DNA from: Burkholderiales bacterium
Lineage (GTDB): Bacteria; Pseudomonadota; Gammaproteobacteria; Burkholderiales; SG8-39
NCBI GenBank assembly: GCA_052172655.1
Contig: JBQMQE010000003.1
Location: 1-54,884 of the forward strand
Reading direction: 5' to 3'
Length of the DNA stretch: 54,884 bases
Below, piece by piece: positions 21,406-36,735 of this stretch. Every line of letters starts with the position of its first letter. Within the stretch, counting starts at the first letter, position 1. A program made the translations under genes and the position numbers. The notes under the pieces were generated by a model that had not been told where the DNA came from, did no database searches, and worked only from the letters and a program-made list of their open reading frames with translations.

Positions 21406-22761
21406 TTACGCCTCAGCAGCAGCGCGCGCGCTCTCCGCCAGCATCGCCGCCAGCGCCTCAACCTTGGCGCCGTCCTCGCCCTCGACCATGACCCGCAGCA
21501 CCGGCTCGGTGCCCGAGGGCCGCAACAGCACCCGCCCGGCCTTGCCCAGTTCGCGCTCGGCCGCTGCCTTGGCTTTGCCCACCGCCGCGTTCGCCTCCCA
21601 GTTGAAGCCCTTGCCGACCCTTACGTTAACCAGCTTCTGCGGGTACAGCGTCAGCCCGCGGCACAGTTCGGCCAGGGTGGAATTGCTCTCGCGCACCGCC
21701 GTCAGCACCTGCAGCGCGGAAACGAGGGCGTCGCCGGTGGTGTGCTTGTCCAGGCAGATGATGTGGCCGGAGTTCTCGCCGCCCAGTTGCCAGCCTTTCT
21801 CCTGCATCAACTCGAGCACATAGCGATCGCCGACCCTGGCGCGCGCGAAAGCGATGCCCGCGCCCTCCAGCGCGCGCTCGAGCGCCAGATTGCTCATCAG
21901 CGTGCCGACCACGCCGGGAACGGCACCCTGCACGGCGCGCGCACGCGCGATCACATACAACAATTGGTCGCCGTCGTAGGTTTCGCCGTGCTGGTCCACC
22001 ATCAGCAGGCGGTCGCCGTCGCCGTCCACGGCGATGCCCAGGTCGGCCTGGTGATGCTGCACTGCGAGCTGCAGGGACTGCGGGCTGGTGGCACCGAATA
22101 GATCATTGATGTTGAAGCCGTCCGGGTTGACGCCTATCGCCACCACATCGGCGCCGAGCTCGTGGAACACATGCGGCGCGATGTGATAGGCCGCGCCATT
22201 GGCGCAATCGACCACGATCTTCAGGCCGCGCAGGTCCCGCTTGTTGGGAAAAGTGCTCTTGCAGAACTCGATATAGCGCCCGGCGGCGTCGTCGATGCGC
22301 CGCGCCTTTCCGAGCTGCGCCGAGGCCCGGCAGCGCATCGGTTGCTCGAGCTGCGCCTCGATCTCCGCCTCCACCGCATCAGGCAGCTTGTTGCCATCGC
22401 CAGAGAAGAACTTGATGCCGTTGTCGGGATAAGGATTGTGCGAGGCGCTGATCACCACCCCGGCCTGCAGCCGCAGCGCGCGGGTGAGATAGGCCACCGC
22501 CGGCGTCGGCGTCGGGCCCGACAGCATCACGTCGACGCCCGCCGCGGCAAACCCCGCCTCCAGCGAAGCCTCCAGCATATAGCCGGAAATGCGCGTGTCC
22601 TTGCCGATCAGCACCGCCGGCCGCAGGCCCGCGGACAATTGCGCGCGGCGCACCAGCACCTCGCCTGCGGCATAACCCAGCCGCACCATGAAATCCGGCG
22701 TGATCGGCGGCTCGCCCACCAGGCCGCGTATGCCGTCGGTTCCAAAGTATTTTCTTGTCAT
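21406..22761 (-). CDS. glmM: Phosphoglucosamine mutase
   Basis: [17 protein letters not shown]-terminus, active-site [16 protein letters not shown] and [11 protein letters not shown] motifs. Confidence 0.95.
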   Translation of the reverse strand: MTRKYFGTDGIRGLVGEPPITPDFMVRLGYAAGEVLVRRAQLSAGLRPAVLIGKDTRISGYMLEASLEAGFAAAGVDVMLSGPTPTPAVAYLTRALRLQAGVVISASHNPYPDNGIKFFSGDGNKLPDAVEAEIEAQLEQPMRCRASAQLGKARRIDDAAGRYIEFCKSTFPNKRDLRGLKIVVDCANGAAYHIAPHVFHELGADVVAIGVNPDGFNINDLFGATSPQSLQLAVQHHQADLGIAVDGDGDRLLMVDQHGETYDGDQLLYVIARARAVQGAVPGVVGTLMSNLALERALEGAGIAFARARVGDRYVLELMQEKGWQLGGENSGHIICLDKHTTGDALVSALQVLTAVRESNSTLAELCRGLTLYPQKLVNVRVGKGFNWEANAAVGKAKAAAERELGKAGRVLLRPSGTEPVLRVMVEGEDGAKVEALAAMLAESARAAAEA

Positions 22762-22775
22762 CGGCTAATCACGAA

Positions 22776-22797
22776 ATGAGGGGATACATCCCCTCAT
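22776..22797 (-). terminator. Hairpin between folP and glmM (possible attenuator or processing site)
   Basis: atgaggggat-ac-atcccctcat is a 10-nt inverted repeat, 45 nt downstream of the folP stop and 15 nt upstream of the glmM ATG. There is no strong U-tract, so function is uncertain. Confidence 0.3.
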
Positions 22798-22841
22798 ACT
22801 CCCCTAAATCAGCGGCCATTTTAGCAAATCCGAAATGGCGC

Positions 22842-23729
22842 CTAAGTTCTTTCCACAGCCGCAAGCACCGCCAGCGCATCGCGGGTCGCCGCAACGTCGT
22901 GCACGCGCAGTATTGCAGCGCCATTTTGCGCCGCAATCAGGGCCGCGGCAATGCTCGAAGCAAGGCGCTCATCGGCTGGCTTGCCGGTGATCTTGCCTAG
23001 CGAAGACTTGCGCGACCAGCCCGCGAGCAGCGGCACCCCGAGCGCGAAAAATTTCCGCAAGTGACGCAGCAGCTCGAGATTGTGTTCAAGCGTCTTGCCG
23101 AAACCGAAACCCGGATCGACTACCACACGCTCCAACGCAATCCCCGCCGCGCACACGCTCTGGATACGCTCCAGCAGAAAAGCCTTCACCTCCGCCACCA
23201 CGTCGCCGTAGCGCGGATCCTGTTGCATGGTGCCGGGACTGCCCTGCATATGCATCAGGCACACGGCGGCATCGGCAGCCGCCACCGCGGCGAGCGCGCC
23301 GGGTGCGCGCAATGCGTTGATATCGTTGATCATGGCGGCCCCCTCGGCGAGCACGGCGTTCATCACCTCGGGCTTGACCGTGTCGACCGACAGCGGTACG
23401 TCGCGCAAACCCTGCAGCACCGGCAGCAGCCGGCGCAATTCCTCTTCCGCGCTCACCGCTGCAGCCGCACCCGGCCGGCTGGACTCGGCGCCGAGGTCGA
23501 TGATGTCCGCGCCCTCTTCAATCAGCCTGCGCGCATGCGCAATGGCGGCGGCCGGGTCGAGGTATCGGCCGCCATCGGAAAATGAATCGGGCGTGATGTT
23601 TACCACGCCCATGATGAGCGGCCGCTCGAGCGGAAAAACAAAACGCCCGCAGCGCAGCCGGCCGGCGCGCGAGATCAGGGGCCGTTTCGGAGATTCCGCA
23701 ACGGCCTCTCGGGCAGCATCACCCCTCAC
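22842..23729 (-). CDS. folP: Dihydropteroate synthase
   Basis: IMGVVNITPDSFSDGGRY, DIIDLGAESSRPGA and GFGFGKT motifs. Confidence 0.93.
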   Translation of the reverse strand: MRGDAAREAVAESPKRPLISRAGRLRCGRFVFPLERPLIMGVVNITPDSFSDGGRYLDPAAAIAHARRLIEEGADIIDLGAESSRPGAAAAVSAEEELRRLLPVLQGLRDVPLSVDTVKPEVMNAVLAEGAAMINDINALRAPGALAAVAAADAAVCLMHMQGSPGTMQQDPRYGDVVAEVKAFLLERIQSVCAAGIALERVVVDPGFGFGKTLEHNLELLRHLRKFFALGVPLLAGWSRKSSLGKITGKPADERLASSIAAALIAAQNGAAILRVHDVAATRDALAVLAAVERT

Positions 23730-23748
23730 CGCCGCGTTTCTCGGGCAA

Positions 23749-25635
<1,887 letters not shown>

Positions 25636-25730
25636 TTGGTTCCTATGCGACTCGACTATTGCTGCTCATCGTTCATTTTACAGCGTTACCGGCAACCGGG
25701 TTTGCCCGCCGTCAAGCCGGCTCCCGCGCC

Positions 25731-26351
25731 TCAACCCTTGAAGCCCTTCCCCAGCAAATACATCTCGCTCGAGCGTCCGCGCGAGGCTTCCGGCTTGCGC
25801 GAGCCCACTTTGGAAAACGCCTTGCGCATGGCCATCAGAAATTCGGTGAACCCTGCACCCTGGAACACCTTGACCACCAGCGAGCCGCCCGGTTTCAGGC
25901 ATTGCCGGGCAAATTCCAGCGCCAGCTCGGCCAAGTTCATGGCTCGCGCTTGGTCACTCACCCCGATACCGGAGATATTGGGGGCAAGGTCGGAGATTAC
26001 AAGGTCTGCCTTGCTTACGCCCAAGGCAAGCAACAGCGCATCGAGCACCTCCTGCTCGCGAAAGTCGCCCTGCACGAAATGCACGCCCGGCAGCGGCTCC
26101 ATCGGCAGCAGATCCACCGCGACCAGCCTGCCTCTGGCGCCAAGCTTTGCTGCCACCACCTGCGACCAACTCCCGGGCGCCGCGCCCAGATCGACCACCA
26201 GTTGACCGGGCGCGAGCAGCCGGTCTTTCCGGTCCAATTCCAGCAGCTTGTACGCGGCACGCGAACGATAGCCCTCGGCCCTGGCCTTTTGTACATAAGG
26301 ATCGTTGACGTGCTCGCGCATCCACGCCTTGCTGGTCTTGCTGCGGCTCAT
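25731..26351 (-). CDS. rlmE: 23S rRNA (uridine2552-2'-O)-methyltransferase
   Basis: [17 protein letters not shown]...[13 protein letters not shown]...[14 protein letters not shown] is the RlmE/FtsJ signature. Located upstream of ftsH, as in E. coli. Confidence 0.95.
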   Translation of the reverse strand: MSRSKTSKAWMREHVNDPYVQKARAEGYRSRAAYKLLELDRKDRLLAPGQLVVDLGAAPGSWSQVVAAKLGARGRLVAVDLLPMEPLPGVHFVQGDFREQEVLDALLLALGVSKADLVISDLAPNISGIGVSDQARAMNLAELALEFARQCLKPGGSLVVKVFQGAGFTEFLMAMRKAFSKVGSRKPEASRGRSSEMYLLGKGFKG

Positions 26352-26508
26352 CGTCTAGTGTGCTGCATGGCGAAGAAAGTCCGAATTTACACGCACGATA
26401 CAACTTGACCCCCTGCTGACTTGGGGGATAAACAAGGAGGCGTCGCCCCCTTGTTCGATACCCCTCTTGAGCATGCTGTTACAATCGGGCTTTGCCATCG
26501 CATTCATA

Positions 26509-26859
26509 ATGAAATCTCTCTCTCCCGCCGAGCGCAGGCTGCTCAAAGCACGGGCGCACGCGCTCAGTCCGGTGGTCACGGTGGGCAACGGACGCCTGTC
26601 GGCTTCGGTGCTTAAGGAAATAGAAACCAGCCTCAAGGCGCACGAGCTGATCAAGATTCGCGTGACCGGAGACGACCGCGACCTGCGCCAGGCACTGCTG
26701 GGCGAGATTTGCAACCGTATCGGCGCCTCCCCGGTGCAGCACATCGGCAAGATCCTGGTCGTGTACCGCGAAAATACGCAGCCGCCCGCCCCTGCCCCGA
26801 AAAAGCGCCCGGTGCGCAAGCAGCCGCGGCGGACGAAACAAAGCTACCAGGGCGAGTAA
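26509..26859 (+). CDS. yhbY: CRM-domain RNA-binding protein YhbY
   Basis: Trimmed to the ATG at 26509. LSPAERRLLKARAHALSPVVTVGNGRLSASVLKEIETSLKAHELIKIRV aligns by eye with E. coli YhbY. Divergent from rlmE, as in E. coli. Confidence 0.88.
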   Translation: MKSLSPAERRLLKARAHALSPVVTVGNGRLSASVLKEIETSLKAHELIKIRVTGDDRDLRQALLGEICNRIGASPVQHIGKILVVYRENTQPPAPAPKKRPVRKQPRRTKQSYQGE

Positions 26860-26916
26860 TGCGCGGTAGGTGAGGCGGGGGGGAACGAACGATATTACGA
26901 ACGCAGGCGACTCCCG

Positions 26917-27393
26917 TTATTCGTAGCGTACATCGATTATTTCGAATTCGCGCACGCCTCCCGGAGCCTGCACCTCGACCACGTCGCCCGGATTTTTGCC
27001 GATCAATGCACGGGCGATGGGCGAACCGATGGAAATCTTCCCGTGCTTGATGTCGGCCTCGTCATCGCCGACGATCTGATAGGTCACATTGTCACCGCTT
27101 GCTTGCTCCTGCAGGTCCACCGTCGAGCCAAAGACGCAGCGCCCGTCGGCGTCGAGCAGCTTGGGATCGATCACCTGCGCATTGGCGAGCTTGCCCTCGA
27201 CCTCGGCGATGCGCCCTTCGATGAAGCTCTGCCGCTCCTTGGCCGCGTCGTACTCGGCGTTTTCCGACAGATCGCCGTGGGAGCGCGCCTCGGCAATCGC
27301 AGCGATCACGCTGTGCCGGTCGACCGTCTTCAGACGCTGCAGTTCGGCGCGCAACAACTCGGCGCCCTTGACCGTAAGGGGGGTCTTGCTCAT
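26917..27393 (-). CDS. greA: Transcription elongation factor GreA
   Basis: 158 aa: [22 protein letters not shown]...[22 protein letters not shown]. Confidence 0.96.
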   Translation of the reverse strand: MSKTPLTVKGAELLRAELQRLKTVDRHSVIAAIAEARSHGDLSENAEYDAAKERQSFIEGRIAEVEGKLANAQVIDPKLLDADGRCVFGSTVDLQEQASGDNVTYQIVGDDEADIKHGKISIGSPIARALIGKNPGDVVEVQAPGGVREFEIIDVRYE

Positions 27394-27408
27394 GTTCGCA
27401 AATCCTAG

Positions 27409-30629
<3,221 letters not shown>

Positions 30630-30630
<1 letters not shown>

Positions 30631-30755
30631 CAGCGATTCGCACCTGACAAGATGAATAACAACATAGCGAATAACGGCACAGCGAATAACGTCAAGACGA
30701 AGAGCGTCAGCGAGAAACGGAACGAAACAATGGCCTTGCGCCCTTCGCGGCTCAT
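30630..30755 (-). CDS. 41-codon hydrophobic mini-ORF coupled between carA and carB
   Basis: My translation gives [41 protein letters not shown]. Its ATG overlaps the carA TGA (gcATGAgc at 30752..30755) and its TGA overlaps the carB ATG (cgcTGATGcc at 30628..30632). It is below the ORF-track size cut-off and visible only as the tail of a shadow ORF. Confidence 0.45.
30654..30698. repeat. 15-bp tandem repeat x3 in the carA-carB spacer
   Basis: gaataacaacatagc / gaataacggcacagc / gaataacgtcaagac. This encodes the 5-residue periodicity ([20 protein letters not shown]) of the mini-ORF. Confidence 0.85.
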
Positions 30756-31909
30756 GCTTTTCCTGCTTCCATCAGTTGCGCAAAGCGATCGAACAGGTAA
30801 CCGATGTCGTGCGGGCCCGGGCTCGCCTCGGGGTGGCCCTGGAAGCAGAACACCGGCCGGTCGGTGCGCGCCATACCCTGCAGGCTGCCGTCGAACAGCG
30901 ATACGTGGGTCGGCCGCAGGTTGGCCGGAAGTGTCGCCGCATCGACGGCAAAGCCGTGATTCTGGCTGGTGATCAACACCTGGCCTGTTTCCAGATCCTT
31001 CACCGGATGGTTGGCACCATGATGGCCGAATTTCATTTTCATGGTCTTCGCACCGGAGGCTAGACCGATCAGCTGATGGCCGAGGCAGATGCCGAAGGTC
31101 GGCGTTCCGCTCGCGATGATTTCGCGTATCGCTTCGATCGCGTAAGCGCAAGGCTCCGGATCGCCCGGGCCGTTCGAGAGAAACACGCCGTCGGGCCTCG
31201 CGGCCAGCAACGCCTTTGCCGGCGTCTGCGCCGGGAACACGGTCACCTTGCAGCCGCGCTCGGCCAGCAGGCGCAGGCTGTTGCGCTTCACGCCGTAGTC
31301 ATAGGCGACGACATGAAAACGATGGCTGTCGATCCTGCGGTAACCCGTACCCAGCGCCCATGCACCCTCGTTCCACTCGTAGGGCTCGCGCACCGACACC
31401 ACCTTTGCCAGGTCCATGCCGGCGAGGCCGGGAAACGCGCGCGCCAGGGTAACGGCGCGCACCACGTCCGCCTCGCCCAGCGCACCGCCTGGCGCGGCCG
31501 CGAGCAGGCATCCTGCCTGCGCCCCATCGGTGCGCAGGATACGCGTGAGCTTGCGCGTGTCGATGCCGGCGATGGCGACGATCTTGCCGGCTGTAAGGTA
31601 ATCGGACAGGCTTTGCGCGCTGCGGAAATTCGATACGCGCGGCGGCAGGTCGCGGATTACCAGACCAGCCGTATGCACCTGCGCCGATTCCTGGTCTTCC
31701 CGGTTGATTCCGGTGTTGCCGATATGCGGATGGGTCAGCGTGACGATCTGACGGCAATAGGAGGGATCGGTGAGGATTTCCTGGTAGCCGGTCATGGACG
31801 TGTTGAACACCACTTCGCCCACCGTGCTGCCGGCGGCGCCGATGCCCAAGCCGTGAAATATTGTCCCGTCTGCAAGCGCGAGGATGGCGGGCGGGAACGG
31901 CGAGGGCAC
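30752..31909 (-). CDS. carA: Carbamoyl-phosphate synthase small (glutaminase) subunit
   Basis: 385 aa with [18 protein letters not shown]..., the triad region GICLGHQL and [16 protein letters not shown] start with GGAG 8 nt upstream. Confidence 0.96.
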   Translation of the reverse strand: MPSPFPPAILALADGTIFHGLGIGAAGSTVGEVVFNTSMTGYQEILTDPSYCRQIVTLTHPHIGNTGINREDQESAQVHTAGLVIRDLPPRVSNFRSAQSLSDYLTAGKIVAIAGIDTRKLTRILRTDGAQAGCLLAAAPGGALGEADVVRAVTLARAFPGLAGMDLAKVVSVREPYEWNEGAWALGTGYRRIDSHRFHVVAYDYGVKRNSLRLLAERGCKVTVFPAQTPAKALLAARPDGVFLSNGPGDPEPCAYAIEAIREIIASGTPTFGICLGHQLIGLASGAKTMKMKFGHHGANHPVKDLETGQVLITSQNHGFAVDAATLPANLRPTHVSLFDGSLQGMARTDRPVFCFQGHPEASPGPHDIGYLFDRFAQLMEAGKA

Positions 31910-32067
31910 GGCTAACTCCAGGATTTATATACAGAAACGGGACAGGAACAACGCATGTCCCGTCCCGTCAAGCTGCGTGATTATAACCTGCAACAGGGAT
32001 TCGCGCCAAACCGGGCAGCGCGATCGTGGTTCGTTGTTCGAGCCACGAACCACGAACAGCTAACACC

Positions 32068-32865
32068 CTACCTGAGACCGAGCACGTCCTGCATATCGTA
32101 AAGACCCGAGGCCTTGCTACCGAGGAAGCGCGCCGCGCGCAGCGCACCCACGGCATAAGTCATGCGGCTTTGCGAGCGCACGGTGATCTCGATGCACTCC
32201 CCGCTGCCGGCGAAGATCACGGTGTGCTCGCCGACGATGTCGCCGCCGCGGACCGAGTGGAATCCTATGCTTTTCGCGTCACGCTCGCCGGTGTCGCCCT
32301 CGCGTCCGTACACAGCACAACTTTTCAGGTCGCGGCCCAGCGCCGCGGCGACCACTTCGCCCAGCTTGAGCGCCGTGCCCGAGGGCGCATCGACCTTGTG
32401 CCGGTGATGCGCCTCGATGATCTCGACGTCGTAGGCATCGCCCAGGATTTTCGCCGCGACCTCGGCCAATTTGATGGTGGCGTTGACGCCGACCGCCATG
32501 TTCGGCGCAAACACGATGGCAATCCGCTTTGCCGCATCGACGATGCGCTGCCTGCCCGCGGCGCTGAAACCCGTCGTGCCGATCACCATGTTCGTGCCTG
32601 ACTTCACGCAGGCCTCGAGATGCAACAGGCTGCCCTCGGGCCGGGTGAAGTCGATCAGGCAGTCGGAGGCGGCGATAGCGGCGGCATAGTCGGCGCTGAC
32701 CGCGACGCCGCAGGCGCTGCCCATGGCCTCGCCCGCGTCCTTGCCAAGATAAGGGCTGCCCGCAACGTCCAGCGCCGCGGACAGCTTCAGATCCTTGCCC
32801 GACAACACCGCCTCGATCAGGGTGCGGCCCATGCGCCCGGAACTGCCGGCAATAGCGATCTTCAT
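32068..32865 (-). CDS. dapB: 4-hydroxy-tetrahydrodipicolinate reductase
   Basis: [20 protein letters not shown]..., [20 protein letters not shown] motif. Confidence 0.95.
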   Translation of the reverse strand: MKIAIAGSSGRMGRTLIEAVLSGKDLKLSAALDVAGSPYLGKDAGEAMGSACGVAVSADYAAAIAASDCLIDFTRPEGSLLHLEACVKSGTNMVIGTTGFSAAGRQRIVDAAKRIAIVFAPNMAVGVNATIKLAEVAAKILGDAYDVEIIEAHHRHKVDAPSGTALKLGEVVAAALGRDLKSCAVYGREGDTGERDAKSIGFHSVRGGDIVGEHTVIFAGSGECIEITVRSQSRMTYAVGALRAARFLGSKASGLYDMQDVLGLR

Positions 32866-32894
32866 GCGGATATCTTCAAAATTCTGCGATCAGG

Positions 32895-33437
32895 TTAAAA
32901 CTTATCCTTGAGCCGTTGCCACCAGCTTTTTTCCTGGGGCTGGTCCTGCGCCGGCGGAACTGGCGTCGCGTCAGGCTGGCTCGCAGCCACGCCAGGCGCC
33001 GGCTTGACTGCGTCGGAGGCTGTTTGCGCAGCGGGCTGCGCCTGCGTGCCGGCGGCCGGTGCCCGCCGCGCGTCAGGCGCCTTGACCCCGGCATCGGCCG
33101 CGGGCGTCAGGTCGCCTTCGACGCGCTTGAACTTGCCGTCCTCAAAGAATACCGCGATCTTGCGCTGCTCCAACTCGCTCGAATTCACCCTCTGCCGCCG
33201 GAAGACATAGTCCCAGCGGTCGGCATGAAAGCTGTCGGCGATCAGCGGCGTGCCCAAGACGAAGCGCACCTGATCCTTTGTCATGCCGGGCTTCAGTTGC
33301 GACACCATTTCCGGGGAAATGAAATTGCCCTGCTGGATTTCGATCCGGTAAGGTTTGAGCTCCGGAATGGGCAGCCTGACGGAACCGCAGGAAGCGAGGA
33401 GCAGCGCGGCCATAGAGGCGAGTACGCGTAAAGACAT
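32895..33437 (-). CDS. bamE: Outer-membrane protein assembly factor BamE (SmpA/OmlA lipoprotein) with long Ala/Pro/Gln-rich tail
   Basis: Trimmed to the ATG at 33437. Lipobox LLLASC, then IQQGNFISPEMVSQLKPGMTKDQVRFVLGTPLIADSFHADRWDYV (BamE core). About 70 low-complexity residues at the C-terminus. Confidence 0.88.
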   Translation of the reverse strand: MSLRVLASMAALLLASCGSVRLPIPELKPYRIEIQQGNFISPEMVSQLKPGMTKDQVRFVLGTPLIADSFHADRWDYVFRRQRVNSSELEQRKIAVFFEDGKFKRVEGDLTPAADAGVKAPDARRAPAAGTQAQPAAQTASDAVKPAPGVAASQPDATPVPPAQDQPQEKSWWQRLKDKF

Positions 33438-33519
33438 GGATTGAATTCGTTCTCTAGAGGGGTGGAACGCTATATGATATCCTAGTTTGACCGCCCATCG
33501 ATCACAGCCACGGACCAAT

Positions 33520-33948
33520 ATGAGCAAGCCTGAAGATCTCAAGACTATCGGCCTCAAAGCCACCGCGCCCCGGCTCAAGATTCTCAATCTGTTCGAAAAA
33601 AGCAGGGTGCGGCACCTGTCCGCCGAGGACGTGTACAAGCTGCTGGTGGCAGACGGACTGGACACCGGCCTGGCAACGGTCTATCGCGTACTGACGCAGT
33701 TCGAGCATGCCGGCTTGTTGCAGCGGCATCATTTCGAATCCGGCCGCGCCGTGTTCGAACTCAACGCCGGCAGCCACCACGATCATCTAGTGTGCATGCA
33801 GTGCGGGCGGGTGGAGGAGTTCTACGACGCGGAGATCGAAAAGCGCCAGAACAAGATCGCCAAGCAGCGGGGCTTCGTCATCACCGAGCATTCGCTGCAC
33901 CTGTACGCCGATTGCATCAAGACTGACTGCCCGCACAAGACTTCTTGA
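33520..33948 (+). CDS. fur: Ferric uptake regulator
   Basis: Trimmed to the ATG at 33520 ([26 protein letters not shown]...). [16 protein letters not shown] and the HSLHLYADC...C metal sites are present. Confidence 0.93.
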   Translation: MSKPEDLKTIGLKATAPRLKILNLFEKSRVRHLSAEDVYKLLVADGLDTGLATVYRVLTQFEHAGLLQRHHFESGRAVFELNAGSHHDHLVCMQCGRVEEFYDAEIEKRQNKIAKQRGFVITEHSLHLYADCIKTDCPHKTS

Positions 33949-33984
33949 AGCCGCGCGCCGCGCAACGCGGCGTATAATTTGCCC

Positions 33985-34062
33985 GCTGTCATCAGGGAGT
34001 AGCCGCCGTTCGCGCCGGAGCAAGGTGTCTTCGGTTAGTTCCGCCCGGTCCCGGATGAGTCC
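33985..34062 (+). ncRNA. Candidate structured leader (possible yybP-ykoY-like Mn riboswitch) of the UPF0016 gene
   Basis: A TATAAT at 33973..33978 is followed by ucaucaGGGAGUAGCC..., matching the conserved GGGGAGUAGC core. ucauc (33989..33993) can pair with gauga (34054..34058) just before the ATG at 34065. The other conserved yybP-ykoY blocks are not evident and the leader is short. Confidence 0.3.
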
Positions 34063-34064
34063 CT

Positions 34065-34616
34065 ATGGAAGCCTTCCTCACCTCCACCCTGCTGGTCGCC
34101 GTCGCCGAAATCGGGGACAAGACTCAGCTACTTTCCTTCGTTCTTGCAGCGCGGCTGCGCCAGCCTTGGGCCATCATCGCCGGCATTCTGGTGGCGACGC
34201 TTGCCAATCATGCGCTGGCCGGTTCGCTCGGCGCCTGGCTCGCCCATCTTGCCGGACCGGACGCGATGCGGTGGGTGACCGGGCTGCTGTTCATCGGCTT
34301 CGGCCTGTGGGCGCTGCATCCGGACGCGCTCGACGACGATCCAAAAATCCACCGCGCCGGCGCCTTTGTCACCACGCTGCTTGCTTTTTTCCTGGCCGAG
34401 ATGGGCGACAAGACGCAACTCGCAACGATAGCGTTGGCCGCGCGCTTCGACAGTCTGGCGGCAGTGGTGCTGGGCACGACGCTGGGCATGATGCTGGCCA
34501 ACGTGCCTGCGGTTATGATAGGCGGGAAGCTTGCCGCACGCTTGCCGATGAAAGCGATACGACTGGCCGCGGCGGGCCTGTTCATACTCACCGGCGCGCT
34601 CACGCTCCTCGGCTGA
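34065..34616 (+). CDS. UPF0016 (GDT1/TMEM165-like) family putative Mn2+/Ca2+ transporter
   Basis: 183 aa, six TM segments, with two copies of the family motif E-x-G-D-K-T (AEIGDKTQLL and AEMGDKTQLA). Confidence 0.85.
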   Translation: MEAFLTSTLLVAVAEIGDKTQLLSFVLAARLRQPWAIIAGILVATLANHALAGSLGAWLAHLAGPDAMRWVTGLLFIGFGLWALHPDALDDDPKIHRAGAFVTTLLAFFLAEMGDKTQLATIALAARFDSLAAVVLGTTLGMMLANVPAVMIGGKLAARLPMKAIRLAAAGLFILTGALTLLG

Positions 34617-34673
34617 CCCGCTTGGGCAGTCGCTGCATTTCGATCCAGGCTGATTACGCGGAGACCGACCAGC

Positions 34674-35141
34674 ATGACTGAGAACAAAGCTGAACTCACC
34701 ACGGATCTGCTGCTCTGGCGTCACGCCGACGCCGAGGACGGGATGCCCGACTCCGGGCGCGCCTTAACCAAGAAGGGGCTGAGGCAGGCAAAGCAAGTGG
34801 CGCAATGGCTCAGGCCGAGGCTGCCCAGCGACTGCCTGATTCTGGCAAGCCCGGCCAAGCGCGCGCAGCAAACCGCCGCCGCGCTGGATCTGGCCTACAC
34901 CACGGAGCGTCGCATCGGCGTACATGCGAATATTACAGACATCATCGCGGCAACCGGCTGGCCGCGGCGCAAGAGCACGGTCCTGGTAGTCGGCCACCAA
35001 CCTACGCTGGGGCGACTCGCCGCCAGCCTGCTTGCGGGAGATGAGGCCGATTGGACCATCAAGAAAGGCGCGCTGTGGTGGTTTTCGAACCAAGCGGGCG
35101 ACGTCATCCTGCGCGCCGTCATCAATCCGGATCTGCTTTAG
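34674..35141 (+). CDS. sixA: Phosphohistidine phosphatase SixA-like (histidine phosphatase superfamily)
   Basis: 155 aa with LLLWRHADAE (RHG-type catalytic motif), RALTKKG and VVGHQPTLG. Confidence 0.8.
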   Translation: MTENKAELTTDLLLWRHADAEDGMPDSGRALTKKGLRQAKQVAQWLRPRLPSDCLILASPAKRAQQTAAALDLAYTTERRIGVHANITDIIAATGWPRRKSTVLVVGHQPTLGRLAASLLAGDEADWTIKKGALWWFSNQAGDVILRAVINPDLL

Positions 35142-35159
35142 GCAAGCGCCGGTTTTTTG

Positions 35160-36659
35160 TCAAGCCGCCTTGGCCGCTGCATCACGCAGCGGTTTCAATT
35201 CCAGGCGCAGCCCGATCGATTTCCACTCGTCCGCTTCATCGGCGAGCGCGGCGGCACTCAAGGGGCGATCCTCCAGCAGGTCCGCCGGCAGCAGCAGGCG
35301 AAAGCCGCTCTCGGTCAACTCGCACGCAAGCCGCGGCAAATCAATATCCGTGCGGCTGCGGCAAAACAGGCTGGCCAAGCGCAGGCAGAACACCAACTCC
35401 CAGTCGCCGGGGACCGGGCTCAGGTCCTGCAGCTTGGCCAGCTTGCCGCGATGGGCGAGCACCAGCCGCGCCAGTTGCGACTGCTCCATGCGCGAGAAAC
35501 CGGGCATGTCGGCGTTGGCGATGACATAGGCCGAGTGCTTGTGGTAACCGTTGTGGGCGATGGAAATGCCGATCTCGTGCAAGGCCGCGCCCCAGGCGAG
35601 CGCCTGTGCTGCATGCGGGTCGCTCCCGCCCTGGTGCAGATGGCAATAGAGCCTTGCCGCCAGCTCCGCCACGCGCCGCGCCTGCGCCGTGTCGACGTGG
35701 TAGCGGCGCATGAACTGGCGCATCGTGACCTCGCGCATGTCGTGCTTTTGCACGCGGCCGAGCAGATCGTACAGCACGCCCTGGCGCAGGGCGGCGTCGG
35801 TCACGCTGAGCTGCTCGAGGCCAAGCTCGGCAAACGCGGCGCACATGATGGCCAGGCCGCCCGGCAGTATGGACGTGCGGTCCTCGCGCAGGCCGGGCAA
35901 GCTTAAGCGCTCGACCTCGCCCGCCTTGAGGAAAGCGCTCCTGAGCTTGTCCAGGCCGGACGCCGATATGCCGTGCTCGCTCCAGCCGTTGGCTTCCAGG
36001 ATGGCGGCAATAGAGCGCGCGGTGCCGGACGAGGCGACGGCTTCGGCCCAGCCGTGCCGGGTGTACTGCTTGACGATGGTCTGCAGCTCGTTTCTGGCCG
36101 CGAGTTCGGCCTGCTTGAACATGGACTTCTCGATCTTGCCGTCGGCGAAGTATTTCATGCTGAAGCTGACGCAGCCCATGTACAGGCTGTCCATGAGTTC
36201 AGGCTCCACACCGATGCCGATGATGAACTCGGTCGAGCCGCCGCCGATATCCATCACCAGGCGCTTTTCCCGGCTGAGCGGCAGACTGTGCGCCACGCCG
36301 AGGTAAATCAGCCGCGCTTCCTCGCGCCCCGCGATGATTTCGATCGGGAAACCCAGCGCCTCCTTGGCCTCGACCAGGAACAGGCGCGAATTCTTGGCCA
36401 CGCGCAGCGCATTGGTGCCGACCACGCGCACCGCGTCCGCGGGCAAACCGCGCAGCCGGTCGGAGAAACGCCGCAGCGCGTCCAGCGCGCGCACCTGCGT
36501 GGCGCGGTCGATGCGCTTGTCGCGCGTCAGCCCCGCGCCCAGCCGCACCGGCTCGCGCAGGCCATCGAGCAGGTAGATCTGGTCCTCGACGACACGGCCG
36601 ATCTGCAGATGAAAGCTGTTGGAGCCCAGGTCGACCGCGGCAAGAGTCTCGTATTGCAT
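35160..36659 (-). CDS. ppx: Exopolyphosphatase (Ppx/GppA family)
   Basis: 499 aa with AAVDLGSNSFHLQIGRV, DIGGGSTEF and an HD-like C-terminal domain. Divergent from ppk1. Confidence 0.92.
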   Translation of the reverse strand: MQYETLAAVDLGSNSFHLQIGRVVEDQIYLLDGLREPVRLGAGLTRDKRIDRATQVRALDALRRFSDRLRGLPADAVRVVGTNALRVAKNSRLFLVEAKEALGFPIEIIAGREEARLIYLGVAHSLPLSREKRLVMDIGGGSTEFIIGIGVEPELMDSLYMGCVSFSMKYFADGKIEKSMFKQAELAARNELQTIVKQYTRHGWAEAVASSGTARSIAAILEANGWSEHGISASGLDKLRSAFLKAGEVERLSLPGLREDRTSILPGGLAIMCAAFAELGLEQLSVTDAALRQGVLYDLLGRVQKHDMREVTMRQFMRRYHVDTAQARRVAELAARLYCHLHQGGSDPHAAQALAWGAALHEIGISIAHNGYHKHSAYVIANADMPGFSRMEQSQLARLVLAHRGKLAKLQDLSPVPGDWELVFCLRLASLFCRSRTDIDLPRLACELTESGFRLLLPADLLEDRPLSAAALADEADEWKSIGLRLELKPLRDAAAKAA

Positions 36660-36681
36660 GGCGCGATTACCTTAGCACCGG

Positions 36682-36735
36682 GAACTTGGACGCGCAACGA
36701 ATTTAGAGACGCGAATTTGGACCACGAATTTAGAG
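36682..36735. promoter_or_regulatory. Array of GAAYTTRG direct repeats in the ppx/ppk1 divergent promoter region
   Basis: gaacttgg (36682), cgaatttagag (36698..36708), cgaatttgg (36712..36720) and cgaatttagag (36725..36735), with 13-16 bp spacing. Confidence 0.4.

Noticed and set aside
33438-33519. Possible Fur box (ctatatgatatcctagt) in the bamE/fur divergent region.
   Set aside because: Only about 10-12 of 19 positions match the GATAATGATAATCATTATC consensus, and one base is missing from the core. The match is too weak to call without a PWM score.
33986-33992. Exact CTGTCAT Pho-box half site upstream of the UPF0016 gene.
   Set aside because: It is a single half site with no second repeat at the required 11-bp spacing, and it overlaps the proposed leader structure. 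It is most likely coincidental.
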